Part shown: positions 47,809-61,024 of the stretch, piece by piece
Layout: every line of letters starts with the position of its first letter
Numbering within the stretch: position 1 is the stretch's first letter
Origin: Macrostomum lignano
Lineage: Eukaryota
Assembly: GCA_002269645.1 (NCBI GenBank)
Contig: NIVC01000175.1
Coordinates: forward strand, 620,001-684,000
Reading direction: 5' to 3'
Length of the DNA: 64,000 bases
Position numbers and translations under genes: made by a program
Notes under the pieces: model-generated
Seen by the model: the letters and a program-made list of their open reading frames with translations, nothing else
Database searches by the model: none
What the model was told of the DNA's origin: nothing

Positions 47809-48084
47809 CAGGGATGTAGCCAGGATTTTTTTTGGGGGTATTCAGTATTGGTTAGCTATTATCAGAAAGCAAGGGCTTGAGATCCACATATCCCCTTAAT
47901 AATGTATTTCTAGTGCATAATACATATAATTACTCTATTTGTTTGTTAATTGTTATTCTTTCGATTTGGATACCTTTCTCTTCCTTAATGGTCACAATTG
48001 CAACTGAAAAAAAGGAAAAAAATGTTGCTTTGGAAATTTGGGGGTATCAGCCGATATACCAATACCCCCCTCGCTATGCCCCTA
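47809..48084. mobile_element. hAT-type MITE, imperfect TIR CAGGGATGTAGC/GCTATGCCCCTA, 8-bp TSD GGCCTACC
   Basis: TSD at 47801-47808 and 48085-48092. Confidence 0.75.
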
Positions 48085-49560
48085 GGCCTACCACCTATCC
48101 TTAATAAATAATAAGAACTTCAAGTTCTAAGAGCCACAACCTATCAATAAGCCTTTCATCCTTTTATTTATAATAAAATTGGCTTAACAGTTAACATCTT
48201 AACATCTCAACATTTTAACATCTAATGTCTCTAGGACTCTAGGGCAAGGGCCTACTTCATCTTCATGTAGGCCTGCTAGTGGCTAGTGCTAGCTACACCT
48301 ACACTCTGACTAGTCAGTCGTCTGCCAAAAATCACAAGTCAAATAGACTAGTAGCCTAGTAGAGTAAGTAGACCTATCAGCAAAAGTAGCAGCAATCTCC
48401 AATCCTAGTTTGCTGCATTAAATTATTTTTAAAATTTACAAACTTTAAAGATCCGCCTATGCTCTGAGACTGAGAACCGCAAATCACTGAAATCGGTCTA
48501 TTCTTCATATATTGGGTCAGTAGAAGCACCGGCTTTATAGTTAGTGGATTTCATTGACGCCTTCTTTAATTGATTCCGACGTGCAACAATGGGACATGGA
48601 TTTAAAAGTAGTACAAGTTCTTATAAAATTAGCGTAGTTAAACACATAAATAAAACGTTTCGAAAGAATTTTCCTGCGAATATTTTTAGCGAAGCACGTA
48701 AAAAGGCTTTTCTGCACTTTATAAAACCTTAAAGAATTTGGGACTGTGTTGTCTAATGGAGCTATCAATGGAGCTAAAGGAAAGGCAAAACATATAAAAA
48801 AGATGAACTTTGGGTATGGCCTCCTTATCAAAAGCAATAACTCATTTTTGTGCTGAAAAATGAAAAACTTTTTATCTCCGAATGTTTTTTTTCGAAAAAA
48901 AACCTACATAGTTTCTCGTGCTTCTACTTAAGTAGTTCTTGCCGAATGCAATGCATGGTACCCATGGCCTCGCTCCCACCGGACCGTTCACTCAGTTTAT
49001 CTCTGTTGCCTGCGGTGCAAGTTGCAACGGAGGCCCCGTGAAGTAAAAATTTCTGAGGGAATCGCTAATATAAATTGTCTAGCCTTATGGGGGGGCTTTC
49101 TAAGATGTCAAGCCCTATGAAGCTACATAAGCTTAATCAACTTCAGCTGAAAATATTCCAAACTAATAGAAATTGAAAAAAGGCGGGGGGTTGGAAGGGA
49201 GAAGAGGAAAAAAGAAAGACAAAACAGACTCAACGTGAGCGCACAGCAGTTGTTAAACAGATACATGTAGGAAGACTACCCTAGGTCAGACAGCCATCAC
49301 CGGCCCAATCAAAGAACCATGATGGGTACCGCGCCACTGCACCTCAACTGGACACTGTGGAGCGCCGTGTACAGTGGAGAAAGAGATCGTGGAGGGGCGG
49401 TCTGTCATGCGCTTGGCAACCGGATATTTATCAGCTCTATGGGAGCGGCGGAATCCCATATTTCAGGAGCCCCATCAGGAGCTGAGCTCCATTGCGGATC
49501 ATCTTGCATTAGCAAAGCCGATCGCTGACTGCAAAATCTGCCCAGCAACTCCTGCTAGCA

Positions 49561-51402
49561 ATGAAGCTGACAGCCAAGTGGTCCCAGCCGCTGCAGCTGC
49601 TTCTGTGCCAGCTGCTCACGGGTGAGTCTGCATGAAAATGATGCCTCCTATTGAGGGAGAGACTCGCTGCTATGCAGCAAAATGCTCCGCAATCACTACT
49701 CGCTGACACCTCCTTCAGCTGTGATCTCCGCCAAAGACACCAGCGCCGTCACCGGAGGCTCCTATCATCGGGTGACCAGCGGCTTCATCGACATCCGCAG
49801 CTACGTGAGCAGCAAAGTGCTCAACGAAACGGGCCTTCGATCAAATGTTCACTGTCTGTGGAAGTGCTGGGCAACGTCATGCGCCGTCGCAATCGTTAAG
49901 GAAACCGCGATCCCCGAATGTCAGATTATCGTCATCAACCATGCGAGCGAGCCGAGCTTGAGCAACGGCAGCTTTGTTGCCAGGGAGATTCGGCTTGAGG
50001 ATGGTGTGCAAATCTGGAAGGCTTACGACTTTGAGCAGCAGATGCTCAGAGGCTCCGACGCCGGGCGCCTACTCAGTGAGTTTTGCGATGAAAACCTAGT
50101 CTTTACCTGTAGTCAAGCTATTATCACCTTAATGCGCATCATTTTTAATCCCAAATAACCATCTTTCACAGAGTACCTGGCTTCTAAGAACGTGACTCTG
50201 AATCGGGTCAACATACCCAACAACTCGGTGAAGATCTTCGCCGCCTTCCTTCAGCACCAGCCGACCGTCTCATCGCTCATTGGCTGCGTTGACAAGTGCA
50301 GCGAGGTACCGGCCTGTCGCGGGATTGTGTTCAACTCCAGCAACTGCTCTCTGCTCACCGACTACCCGCTGTGCCGCTGGTTCGAGCAGCCCCCGGGGAA
50401 CTCTGCGCTGGATGTCTATGTGAGTGTTGGAAAAGCAGTGCTGGATCTGTGCTATCACTGTAGACACTTCTCTTTATTGCTCATCAATTTCCAAACACAG
50501 GAGTTCTACACTGTGAGCACTCAACAGTGCTTTGAGACCGTCAATCTGCGAGTGTCGGACGAGCTGAGCTTCGACCGGCTCTGGGCCGAGTACAAGACCG
50601 GCTTCGGCACTTACCATGGCAACTACTTTGCTGGTGAGGCGGAACTTTATATTTTACATGTTAATACTTGATGTCATAAACCACTGTATATCGTCGACAA
50701 ACTAAAAGTAACAAATAGGAGTCCTGGCAACCAACCCAAGCCTTAGCGTTCTTCGGTCGAACCACAGAACCACAGAACCTAATTTGGCTCATGAAATATT
50801 TTCTTTTCTATATGCTCGTAGTTGCAGAAATTGCCGCTTGTGCCTTCTATAGGGGCTGGCAAAAGGGGCCCCCTGTTCCAGTAACTCCTTGAATTGAATG
50901 CCGAGTCAAACGGCTCGATCGTCGCATTTCATTACGTGCGAATTTCACAACACCAGGCCTGGAATGGCTGCACAACCGGACCAGCGCTCAGCCCAGCAAC
51001 AACCGGTTGCGCGTTGACCTGCTGTACTGGAACGACACCTACATCTACGCCTACTACCTGAATGTGCTCATTCTGGCCGAGAGCACCAACTACACGTTTT
51101 CTGCTTACACCTACGTACCGGCTGGAGGCCTTGGAGACTGCCTGCTTAGAGGATCAAACCTGCAGTTCATGACCCGAGATCGCGGATCGAGCAGATGCGC
51201 AAACTGTGCGATTACCTACCAGCAGCCTCACTGGCACAATTGCTGCCACAACTCCGGTCCGTTCGGCAAGTACTTCAACTACCCGACAGCGCTAGCTGCA
51301 GACCGGGCCAAGGGCATTGTTTGGGCTTACAATGCCCCGACAAACATCACTGACGGATGGTACTACAGCTTCAAGCAGCTAGAGATTCTCATGCTCACCT
51401 GA
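49561..51402 (+). CDS. Secreted PAN/apple-PAN-fibrinogen C-terminal (FReD) protein, join(49561..49621,49719..50075,50172..50419,50501..50633,50957..51402), 414 aa
   Basis: Signal peptide MKLTAKWSQPLQLLLCQLLTAVISA; PAN-like Cys patterns (CLWKCWATSC, GCVDKCSEVPACRGIVFNSSNC); FReD motifs FDRLWAEYKTGFG, GLEWLH, LRVDL, FMTRDR and HWHNCCH. Phases are consistent (1245 nt). Confidence 0.85.
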
Positions 51403-51886
51403 ACATCAACCATGCAGCTATGAGTAGAGACATGATTGCTGTGTACTTCTTTGATATTAAGTAATAAATAAATTTCGATCTGTTAATCTCGACTCTTGAG
51501 ACACTATACCCAACAAATTACGAGTACAATATACCTTCTGTATGTTTACTTCTACAATGAAATAACGAATCGCCTTGTAAAATTACCAAAGTTAGTCTGC
51601 ATTCAATTGATTTTTTTCTCTACTTTGGCATGTTGTCAATTTCTTACGCAGGTGATAGCTGCCCTGCTTGCTCCGAATTGTTATTTGTGTTCGATCTTAT
51701 TCTTATTGCGCCTTTGCTGTCATAGTGAGACAAAAAACATTTCGCGCAAAGTTGGTGGTGCAGTCCTGAAATACACTCGCATGTTATCGCAGAGATCCTC
51801 CGTTCTTCTAGCCCTGATCGTAGCCTGCCCTCTAAATTTTCGCTATGGCAGTTAATTGCATTGTCTGTCAAAATCTTTTTCTGCAA

Positions 51887-52084
51887 TTAATGTACCCTCA
51901 CGATCAGTATTGGAAAATCCTGGCCGATCGGTACTTCCTCTTTCACTCTGCGGCCTGTTAAAGAGTGACTCAGAAGGCTGCATCTACGCGTAGGCACATA
52001 AATTTTGGATTCACTTGCAAAGTTTGGCGTCGCTAAGAGACCCACCATGAGGGCCAACAACAAAGGCACAAGGTAGGTATACAT
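51887..52084 (-). CDS. Possible small secreted peptide precursor (65 aa)
   Basis: Hydrophobic leader MYTYLVPLLLALMVGLLA, RR and GRR sites, upstream pyrimidine-rich acceptor; no homology recognised. Confidence 0.3.
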   Translation of the reverse strand: MYTYLVPLLLALMVGLLATPNFASESKIYVPTRRCSLLSHSLTGRRVKEEVPIGQDFPILIVRVH

Positions 52085-52639
52085 GCATGCACACCATGAC
52101 CTGCAGGAGGAGAAAGGGATGAGAAAGCATTTTATGAGCTTGCCCTAGTTTGTGCGCATATTCGGATAAAGTAGAAAGCCTTTGCAAACATAGAACTTAA
52201 TGCAAATCCATTAATCTTGTTTAAATTTACACCTGACACATCCACTGTCAGGCGGTGTAAGCTTCTGGTAGCTGTTGGATCCGTTAAAATCCAGAAGCTT
52301 GTTTGCAAAGGAAAGAAGGATAAGACTGGGTAAACATTTCAAATCCGGCGGGAACTTCGCGCTGGAATGTTGACAGACAGCTAAATTGCAATTTAACTTG
52401 CTGCTTTTCACACAGAATTTGCTGAGCCTGATGGCTCTGTCCTCCAATAATCCTATCGGTGGAAGTTACAATTACTTTCACTTCCTCAAGAATAGTTCAA
52501 ATTATTAAATACTAGTTTTCTTTGACCTGTTTTCTTTATCTATATAGTTTCTCTCGCTTAGTGGATACTGATTTTAATTGGTAGTTCGCTGGCACCGGGT
52601 CCCAGGGTCACAAGTTATCCGAATCTCATGCTTTCAGAG

Positions 52640-53750
52640 TACAAATCTCTGCCCACACTCTACATCAGTCTCTGCCCACACTCTACCCCAATCTCTGCCC
52701 ACACTCTACCCCAATCTCTGCCCACACTCTACCACAATCTCTGCCCACACTCTACCCCAATCTCTGCCCACACTCTACCCCAATCTCTGCCCACACTCTA
52801 CCCCAATCTCTGCCCACACTCTACCCAATCTCTGCCCACACTCTACCCAATCTCTGCCCACACTCTACCCAATCTCTACCCACAACTCTACCCCAATGTC
52901 TACTCACACTCTACCCCAATCTCTGTCCACACTCTACCCCAATCTCTGCCTATCCTCTACACCAATATCTACCCACCCTCTACACCAATCTCTGCCTACC
53001 CTCTACACCAATATCTACCCACCCTCTATACCAATCTCTAACAACACTCTACCCTAATCTCTGCCCACCCTCTACACCAATCTCTAACAACACTCTACCC
53101 TAATCTCTGCCCACCCTCTACACCAATCTCTAACAACACTCTACCCTAATCTCTGCCCACCCTCTACCCCAATCTCTGCCCACACTCTACCCAATCTATG
53201 CCCACACTCTACCCCAATCTCTGCCCACACTCTACCCAATCTCTGCCCACACTCTACCCAATCTCTGCCCACACTCTACCCAATCTATGCCCACACTCTA
53301 CCCCAATCTCTGCCCACACTCTACCCAATCTCTACCCACCCTCTACACCAATCTCTGCCTATCCTCTACACCAATATCTACCCACCCTCTACACCAATCT
53401 CTGCCTACCCTCTACACCAATCTCTAACAACACTCTACCCTAATCTCTGCCCACCCTCTACACCAATCTCTAACAACACTCTACCCTAATCTCTGCCCAC
53501 CCTCTACCCCAATCTCTAACAACACTCTACCCTAATCTCTGCCCACCCTCTACACCAATCTCTAACAACACTCTACCCTAATCTCTGCCCACCCTCTACC
53601 CCAATCTCTAACAACACTCTACCCTAATCTCTGCCCACCCTCTACACCAATCTCTAACAACACTCTACCCTAATCTCTGCCCACCCTCTACACCAATCTC
53701 TAACAACACTCTACCCTAATCTCTGCCCACACTCTACCCCAATCTCTAAC
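52640..53750. repeat. 22-23-bp minisatellite (CTCTACCCCAATCTCTGCCCACA)n with variant blocks
   Basis: Tandem units. Confidence 0.95.
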
Positions 53751-54571
53751 AACATTCGACATCAGTCTCCGCCCATGCCCACCTCGCATGCGGCCCGCGA
53801 AGTCTCTCTATCCGGCCGTCGGTTCCTTTAAAACTTCACAATAGCAATCCGATCCGCTCACGGTTTGTCTCTTCTCAGCTCTCTTCTCTCTGATCGCCTC
53901 TTCTCTTTTCTCTAATCTCTCCTCTCCCTTCTTCTCACACTTACTCTCCTCTCCTCTCCTCCCTCTCTACTCTCATCTCCTTTCCTCTTCCCTTCTCTCC
54001 TCTTTCCTCTCATCTCCTCTCATTTTCTCTCCTCCTTTTGAGGGGTGGAGCTATCAATGCAGCGTATTGCTTAAAATATAAAGCAATCGTAATCATGAAA
54101 ATTTAATCAACGAAAAAATTAACCTGGTACTACGTAAGACAAAAATTTTATTTTTCGATCAGATTCAAACAATATTTTAATTCAATTTTGACTAATTTCT
54201 CTCTTTATCTCAGTTGAAAATCCTTGAAACCTGTAAGTAAGGTAGTTTGAAATTATTTCAACAAAAAATTGACGATAAAAAATGAAAAATCATGCTGTGT
54301 GAGTTGGCTATAGCTTCCAATGAGGAAATTCAGTAAAACAAATATTACCCCCACAAGCATTGAACAATTTCCGGTTGTGACACAGAAAATTAATCATTGT
54401 TTATAAAACCCTAAACTGAAAAAAAATATTCTCCCACACCAAAAATATATCTTTGAATCAAACTGGTAGCATTAAATATCGAAAATACAGTAGATACAGC
54501 AATGACCTGCAATTTCATTATATGGACAATAGTTTTATTGGCTGGCAGAGAGTCTAACGCTTATCCTGCAG

Positions 54572-54923
54572 TGTCGACGGATCCTACGGACAGCGATAAC
54601 GTGGGTAGCGGGGCCGCTGGCGGGGGCGGCACCTTTGTGTACAGGAGCAACGACAGTCGCCTTCTGGTTGCCGCAGGCGGTGGCGGAGGATCCGCGGTGT
54701 TTTTTGACGGTGCGTTGCCATGCCAGTTTGCGCTGCCTCTGCCGATGCTGGCGGCGGTGGCGGCGGCTTCAGCGGCGGAGGCGCGGGCTCGACTCAGCAG
54801 GCGGGCGGCGGCGGCGGCGGCTCCTTCTGCTCCGGCAACGGCTGCAGCGCCACGACGGGCTGCAACACGGTTGACGCCGGCAGAGCCGTCGTGACGCCCG
54901 TCGGTCAGGAGCTGTGCATCTGA
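54572..54923 (+). pseudogene. ALK/LTK-type glycine-rich domain terminal exon or fragment, frame-disrupted at ~54710-54726
   Basis: GGGGTFVY...LLVAAGGGGG in one frame, then GGGGGGFSGGG...GGGGGGSF in another. Acceptor at 54571; upstream exons not identified. Confidence 0.55.
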
Positions 54924-55500
54924 TGAGGCTCAGAGTCTGTGTGATGTCAGTCAGTCAGGAGCTGTGCATCTGATGAGGCTCAGAGTCTGTGTGATGTCAG
55001 TCAGTCAGTATCTGTGAGTCTGATGAGGCTCAGAGTCTGTGTGATGTCAGTCAGTCAGGAGCTGTGAGTCTGATGAGGCTCAGAGTCTGTGTGATGTCAG
55101 TCAGTCAGGAGGTGTGAGTCTGATGAGGCTCAGAGTCTGTGTGATGTCAGTCAGTCAGGAGGTGTGAGTCTGATGAGGCTCAGAGTCTGTGTGATGTCAG
55201 TCAGTCAGGAGCTGTGCGTCTGATGAGGCTCAGAGTCTGTGTGATGTCAGTCAGTCAGGAGCTGTGAGTCTGATGAGGCTCAGAGTCTGTGTGATGTCAG
55301 TCAGTCAGGAACTGTGAGTCTGATGAGGCTCAGAGTCTGTGTGATGTCAGTCAGTCAGGAGGTGTGAGTCTGATGAGGCTCAGAGTCTGTGTGATGTCAG
55401 TCAGTCAGTAGCTGAGTCTGATGAGGCTCAGAGTCTGTGTGATTTTAATCAGTCAGGAGCTGTGCATCTGATGAGGCTCAGAGTCTGTGCGATGTCAGTT
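54901..55500. repeat. 50-bp tandem repeat (~12 units) whose first unit includes the stop codon of the glycine-rich ORF
   Basis: Period 50 (54901/54951): gtcaggagctgtgcatctgatgaggctcagagtctgtgtgatgtcagtca. Confidence 0.95.
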
Positions 55501-56164
55501 AGACAAAAAATTTCGAACGTATGTCAAAAATATCAAATATAATACTTTTCAAGTTTGAATCTTCGCAAAATCTTTTAAAACTTTTTATTAGATGGCTCGG
55601 TGCACAAAATTCACCGTATTAGCATTTTTAGTTGTGCCATGCACATTGTCCAGTGTACTCCAGACGACTATGGTTTGTTTTACTACTGTTGTTCTGGCAA
55701 TCTTCGAAGCACACTATGTACTTTAGAAATCTTAACCTATCTACTATATATATAGCTGATATGCTTCTTTCTGCAGCACAAATTTAGTGTCTCTAATAAA
55801 AATTCCTGTGTTTAAGGCGTCTGAATCAGGCTTGATGAAGTACCCCAGGTTCAATTCTGAATTTGTGGCTTCTTCTTTACTGAATGAGACCTCTTTACGA
55901 GCCCTACTATTAGTAGTCAGTACAAAGCATGAATTGTCAAATATATAACGTCAGAATGCATTGCGAAAGAATTCCAATTAAATATGAGAAGAGATTTTTT
56001 ATGACTTGCGGGGGCCGCAGAACAAGGGGTGGCCAGAAGGGGTAGTGTCGAAAGGCAGATCCTTCGCAAAGGGGACCCATCTAGGGGAAGTCAAGGTGGT
56101 CAAAGGCACTGCATGGGAGTCAATTGCAATCTCTACTGCCCACAAAAATGCGAGTAGTACCAAA

Positions 56165-56680
56165 AATCTATAGGCTGTGGCGCTAAAATCTAGACTGTGG
56201 CGCTAAAATCTATAGGCTGTGGCGCTAAAATCTAATCTGTGGCGCTAAAATCTAGACTGTGGCGCTAAAATCTATAGGCTGTGGCGCTAAAATCTAGACT
56301 GTGGCGCTAAAATCTATAGGCTGTGGCGCTAAAATCTAGACTGTGGCGCTAAAATCTATAGGCTGTGGCGCTAAAATCTATAGACTGTGGCGCTAAAATC
56401 TATAGGCTGTGGCGCTAAAATCTATAGGCTGTGGCGCTAAAATCTAGACTGTGGCGCTAAAATCTATAGGCTGTGGCGCTAAAATCTATAGGCTGTGGCG
56501 CTAAAATCTAGGCTGTGGCGCTAAAAACTAGGCTGTGGCGCTAAAATCTATAGGCTGTGGCGCTAAAATCTATAGGCTGTGGCGCTAAAATCTATAGGCT
56601 GTGGCGCTAAAATCTAGACTGTGGCGCTAAAATCTAGGCTGTGGTGCCAAAATACAGTTTTTGGTGCTAAAATCTAGGCT
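56165..56680. repeat. 20/22-bp minisatellite (GGCTGTGGCGCTAAAATCTA[TA])n
   Basis: Tandem units. Confidence 0.95.
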
Positions 56681-57109
56681 GTAAAGTGTTATGCTTTGGT
56701 TGGTGGTCATGAGACGTGAGCAGCGTCTGCATACGAACCCACGGGACCGAAGCTCACCGTTGCTATATGCAATTGCGTCACCATTTTTCAGCCTAAAGAG
56801 TTGAATATTGGAGTTAAGATTTCTTTAGTTTTAATTGCAATATATGCAGATTGGTTATCTGTCTTAGTCCTGTAATGGTCATTTTGAGTCACGACTTTCT
56901 ATATATGAACAATAAATTCATTAGATATAATCTTTTATTTCTATACTATAGATGCCCCAGTAGAAATTCTGTTGAAATTTTTCTCTATTGTGATGTCACG
57001 AGCTCAATAGGGTAGAAAGTTTATCGCTATGGAGATCAAACGTTACGATGTATAGGGGTCCGAAGACTTACGAGAAAATAAGTTGAGTCAAATTTAGCTC
57101 CGGTGTGGC

Positions 57110-59955
57110 ATAAGAATGGCACTCCTTTAATAAGAATGGCACTCCTTTAATAAGAATGGCACTCCTTTAATAAGAATGGCACTCCTTTCATAAGAATGGC
57201 ACTCCTTTCATAAGAATGGCACTCCATTATTAAGAATGGCACTCCTTTAATAAGAATGGCACTCCTTTACTAAGAATGGCACTCCTTTACTAAGAATGGC
57301 ACTCCTTAATAAAATGGCACTCCAATAGTAAGAATGACACTCCTTTAATAAGAATGGCACTCCTTTAATAAGAATGGCACTCCTTTAATAAGAATGGCAC
57401 TCCTTTAATAAGAATGGCACTCCTTTAATAAGAATGGCACTCCTTTCATAAGAATGGCACTCCATTATTAAGAATGGCACTCCTTTAATAAGAATGGCAC
57501 TCCTTTACTAAGAATGGCACTCCTTTAATAAGAATGGCACTCCTTTACTAAGAATGGCACTCCTTTAGAAAGAATGGCACTCCTTTCATAATAATGGCAC
57601 TCCTTTTATAAGAATGGCACTCCATTATTAAGAATGGCACTCCTTTAATAAGAATGGCACTCCTTTACTAAGAATGACACTCCTTTAATAAGAATGGCAC
57701 TCCTTTACTAAGAATGGCACTCCTTTAGAAAGAATGGCACTCCTTTCATAATAATGGCACTCCTTTTATAAGAATGGCACTCCATTATTAAGAATGGCAC
57801 TCCTTTAATAAGAATGGCACTCCTTTAATAAGAATGGCACTCCTTTAATAAGAATGGCACTCCTTTACTAAGAATGGCACTCCTTTACTAAGAATGGCAC
57901 TCCTTTACTAAGAATGACACTCCTTTAATAAGAATGGCACTCCTTTACTAAGAATGACACTCCTTTAATAAGAATGGCACTCCTTTAATAAGAATGGCAC
58001 TCCTTTAATAAGAATGGCACTCCTTTCATAAGAATGGCACTCCATTATTAAGAATGGCACTCCTTTAATAAGAATGGCACTCCTTTACTAAGAATGACAC
58101 TCCTTTACTAAGAATGACACTCCTTTAATAAGAATGGCACTCCTTTACTAAGAATGGCACTCCTTTAGAAAGAATGGCACTCCTTTAATAAGAATGGCAC
58201 TCCTTTTATAAGAATGGCACTCCATTATTAAGAATGGCACTCCTTTAATAAGAATGGCACTCCTTTAATAAGAATGGCACTCCTTTAATAAGAATGGCAC
58301 TCCTTTACTAAGAATGGCACTCCTTTAATAAGAATGGCACTCCTTTACTAAGAATGGCACTCCTTTACTAAGAATGACACTCCTTTAATAAGAATGGCAC
58401 TCCTTTACTAAGAATGACACTCCTTTAATAAGAATGGCACTCCTTTAATAAGAATGGCACTCCTTTAATAAGAATGGCACTCCTTTCATAAGAATGGCAC
58501 TCCATTATTAAGAATGGCACTCCTTTAATAAGAAAGGCACTCCTTTAAGAAGAATGGCACTCCTTTACTAAGAATGACACTCCTTTACTAAGAATGGCAC
58601 TCCTTTAATAAGAATGGCACTCCTTTACTAAGAATGGCACTCCTTTAGAAAGAATGGCACTCCTTTCATAATAATGGCACTCCTTTACTAAGAATGGCAC
58701 TCCATTATTAAGAATGGCACTCCTTTAATAAGAATGGCACTCCTTTAATAAGAATGGCACTCCTTTAATAAGAATGGCACTCCTTTACTAAGAATGGCAC
58801 TCCTTTAATAAAATGGCACTCCAATAGTAAGAATGACACTCCTTTCATAAGAATGGCACTCCTTTAATAAGAATGGCACTCCTTTACTAAGAATGGCACT
58901 CCTTAATAAAATGGCACTCCAATAGTAAGAATGACACTCCTTTAATAAGAATGGCACTCCTTTAATAAGAATGGCACTCCTTTAATAAGAATGGCACTCC
59001 TTTAATAAGAATGGCACTCCTTTCATAAGAATGGCACTCCATTATTAAGAATGGCACTCCTTTAATAAGAATGGCACTCCTTTACTAAGAATGACACTCC
59101 TTTACTAAGAATGACACTCCTTTAATAAGAATGGCACTCCTTTACTAAGAATGGCACTCCTTTAGAAAGAATGGCACTCCTTTTATAATAATGGCACTCC
59201 TTTTATAAGAATGGCACTCCTTTAATAAGAATGGCACTCCTTTAATAAGAATGGCACTCCTTTACTAAGAATGGCACTCCTTTAATAAGAATGGCACTCC
59301 TTTACTAAGAATGGCACTCCTTTACTAAGAATGACACTCCTTTAATAAGAATGGCACTCCTTTACTAAGAATGACACTCCTTTAATAAGAATGGCACTCC
59401 TTTAATAAGAATGGCACTCCTTTAATAAGAATGGCACTCCTTTCATAAGAATGGCACTCCATTATTAAGAATGGCACTCCTTTAATAAGAATGGCACTCC
59501 TTTACTAAGAATGACACTCCTTTACTAAGAATGACACTCCTTTAATAAGAATGGCACTCCTTTACTAAGAATGGCACTCCTTTAGAAAGAATGGCACTCC
59601 TTTAATAAGAATGGCACTCCTTTAATAAGAATGGCACTCCATTATTAAGAATGGCACTCCTTTAATAAGAATGGCACTCCTTTAATAAGAATGGCACTCC
59701 TTTAATAAGAATGGCACTCCTTTACTAAGAATGGCACTCCTTTAATAAGAATGGCACTCCTTTACTAAGAATGGCACTCCTTTACTAAGAATGACACTCC
59801 TTTAATAAGAATGGCACTCCTTTACTAAGAATGACACTCCTTTAATAAGAATGGCACTCCTTTAATAAGAATGGCACTCCTTTAATAAGAATGGCACTCC
59901 TTTCATAAGAATGGCACTCCATTATTAAGAATGGCACTCCTTTAATAAGAATGGC
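57110..59955. repeat. 20-bp satellite (TAAGAATGGCACTCCTTTAA)n, ~2.85 kb, with recurring variant blocks and a degenerate tail to ~60140
   Basis: Tandem units. Confidence 0.97.
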
Positions 59956-61024
59956 ACTTCTAAAAAATGCCTCTTCTTTAAAACATGGCACCCGTAGATA
60001 AAGAAGGCACCCGTAGCACTTCGTAGATAAAAACTGGCACTCCTTCAAAATCGCACTTCGTAGATGGAAAGGCACTCCTCTAATAAAAATGACACTCCTT
60101 TTTTACAAAATGGCATTTCTAAATATGGTACTCCTTAGACAAAAAAGAACTCTTTAAAATAAAAAAAATCTAGAAAGAGAGTTCGAATCTAACAAAAACT
60201 ATGAAAAATATATGATAAACTGGTCCCAGTGTAGTAAACAGCGTGTTTTCTTTGAGCAACAATGCTCCATTTCTATCTTCATCATATTAAATATCAATGC
60301 ACCTGTCATTAAATAATAACAACATGCTAAAATTTATTTATGACCCACGATTTTGAAAACACTTTACAACTATAAGCTAGCGCCTATATGCCTGCTTGTA
60401 TTGCAGCAAGCACAGCGACTCTCTGTGTGGTTGGGGTTGGGGTTGGGGGGCGCGGTTTGCACTCATGACCGCCTGTGGATGCAGCCATTGTATGCGCGAA
60501 GCAAACACACACAGAACAGCCTATGCATGGGACTCTTTAGTCTTTGCCTAAATATATATTTAATTTACTCGATGGCTTTTATCTTCTTTATATAGTATGA
60601 TAATAAAGGGCCAATCTGCATGTGTTAGGATTTTACCTGCTAAATATTACCTTGCATAACCTAACTATATATGCAGCCTTTAGTGTTTATTCAACATTGC
60701 GCGTACATAGGTAAAATTCCTGTACAACATTGCCACGGTACTCGCCCGCTGACTCATTGACTTACGAGTATTTGGTGTCAGAATTTACTATCTGTTACAT
60801 AACGTCTATGGTCCATATCCCCTAGACCCCCCTATAGAGATCCACTCTTATAAGGTCCCATGTTAAATGTGCAATCTGACTGTTTTTTAGCTTGGATGAC
60901 CTCTTTTAATTTAGTTAGTTTGGTGCCCAATACTTCCTTTAATTTTGGCGCTCAGTAAAATCTATGGTCCCCTTACCCCAGCTTCTGATCCGTTATGGAA
61001 ATCAATAGTTTTGCTTCAGGGCGA

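Noticed and set aside
54901-55500. CTGATGA in the 50-bp repeat as a hammerhead ribozyme core or C/D snoRNA box
   Set aside because: No downstream GAAA or stem II/III for a hammerhead; units are too short and lack terminal stems for snoRNAs.
26560-59955. Satellite arrays as CRISPR-like arrays
   Set aside because: Units are contiguous with no unique spacers, no cas genes are present, and the context is eukaryotic.
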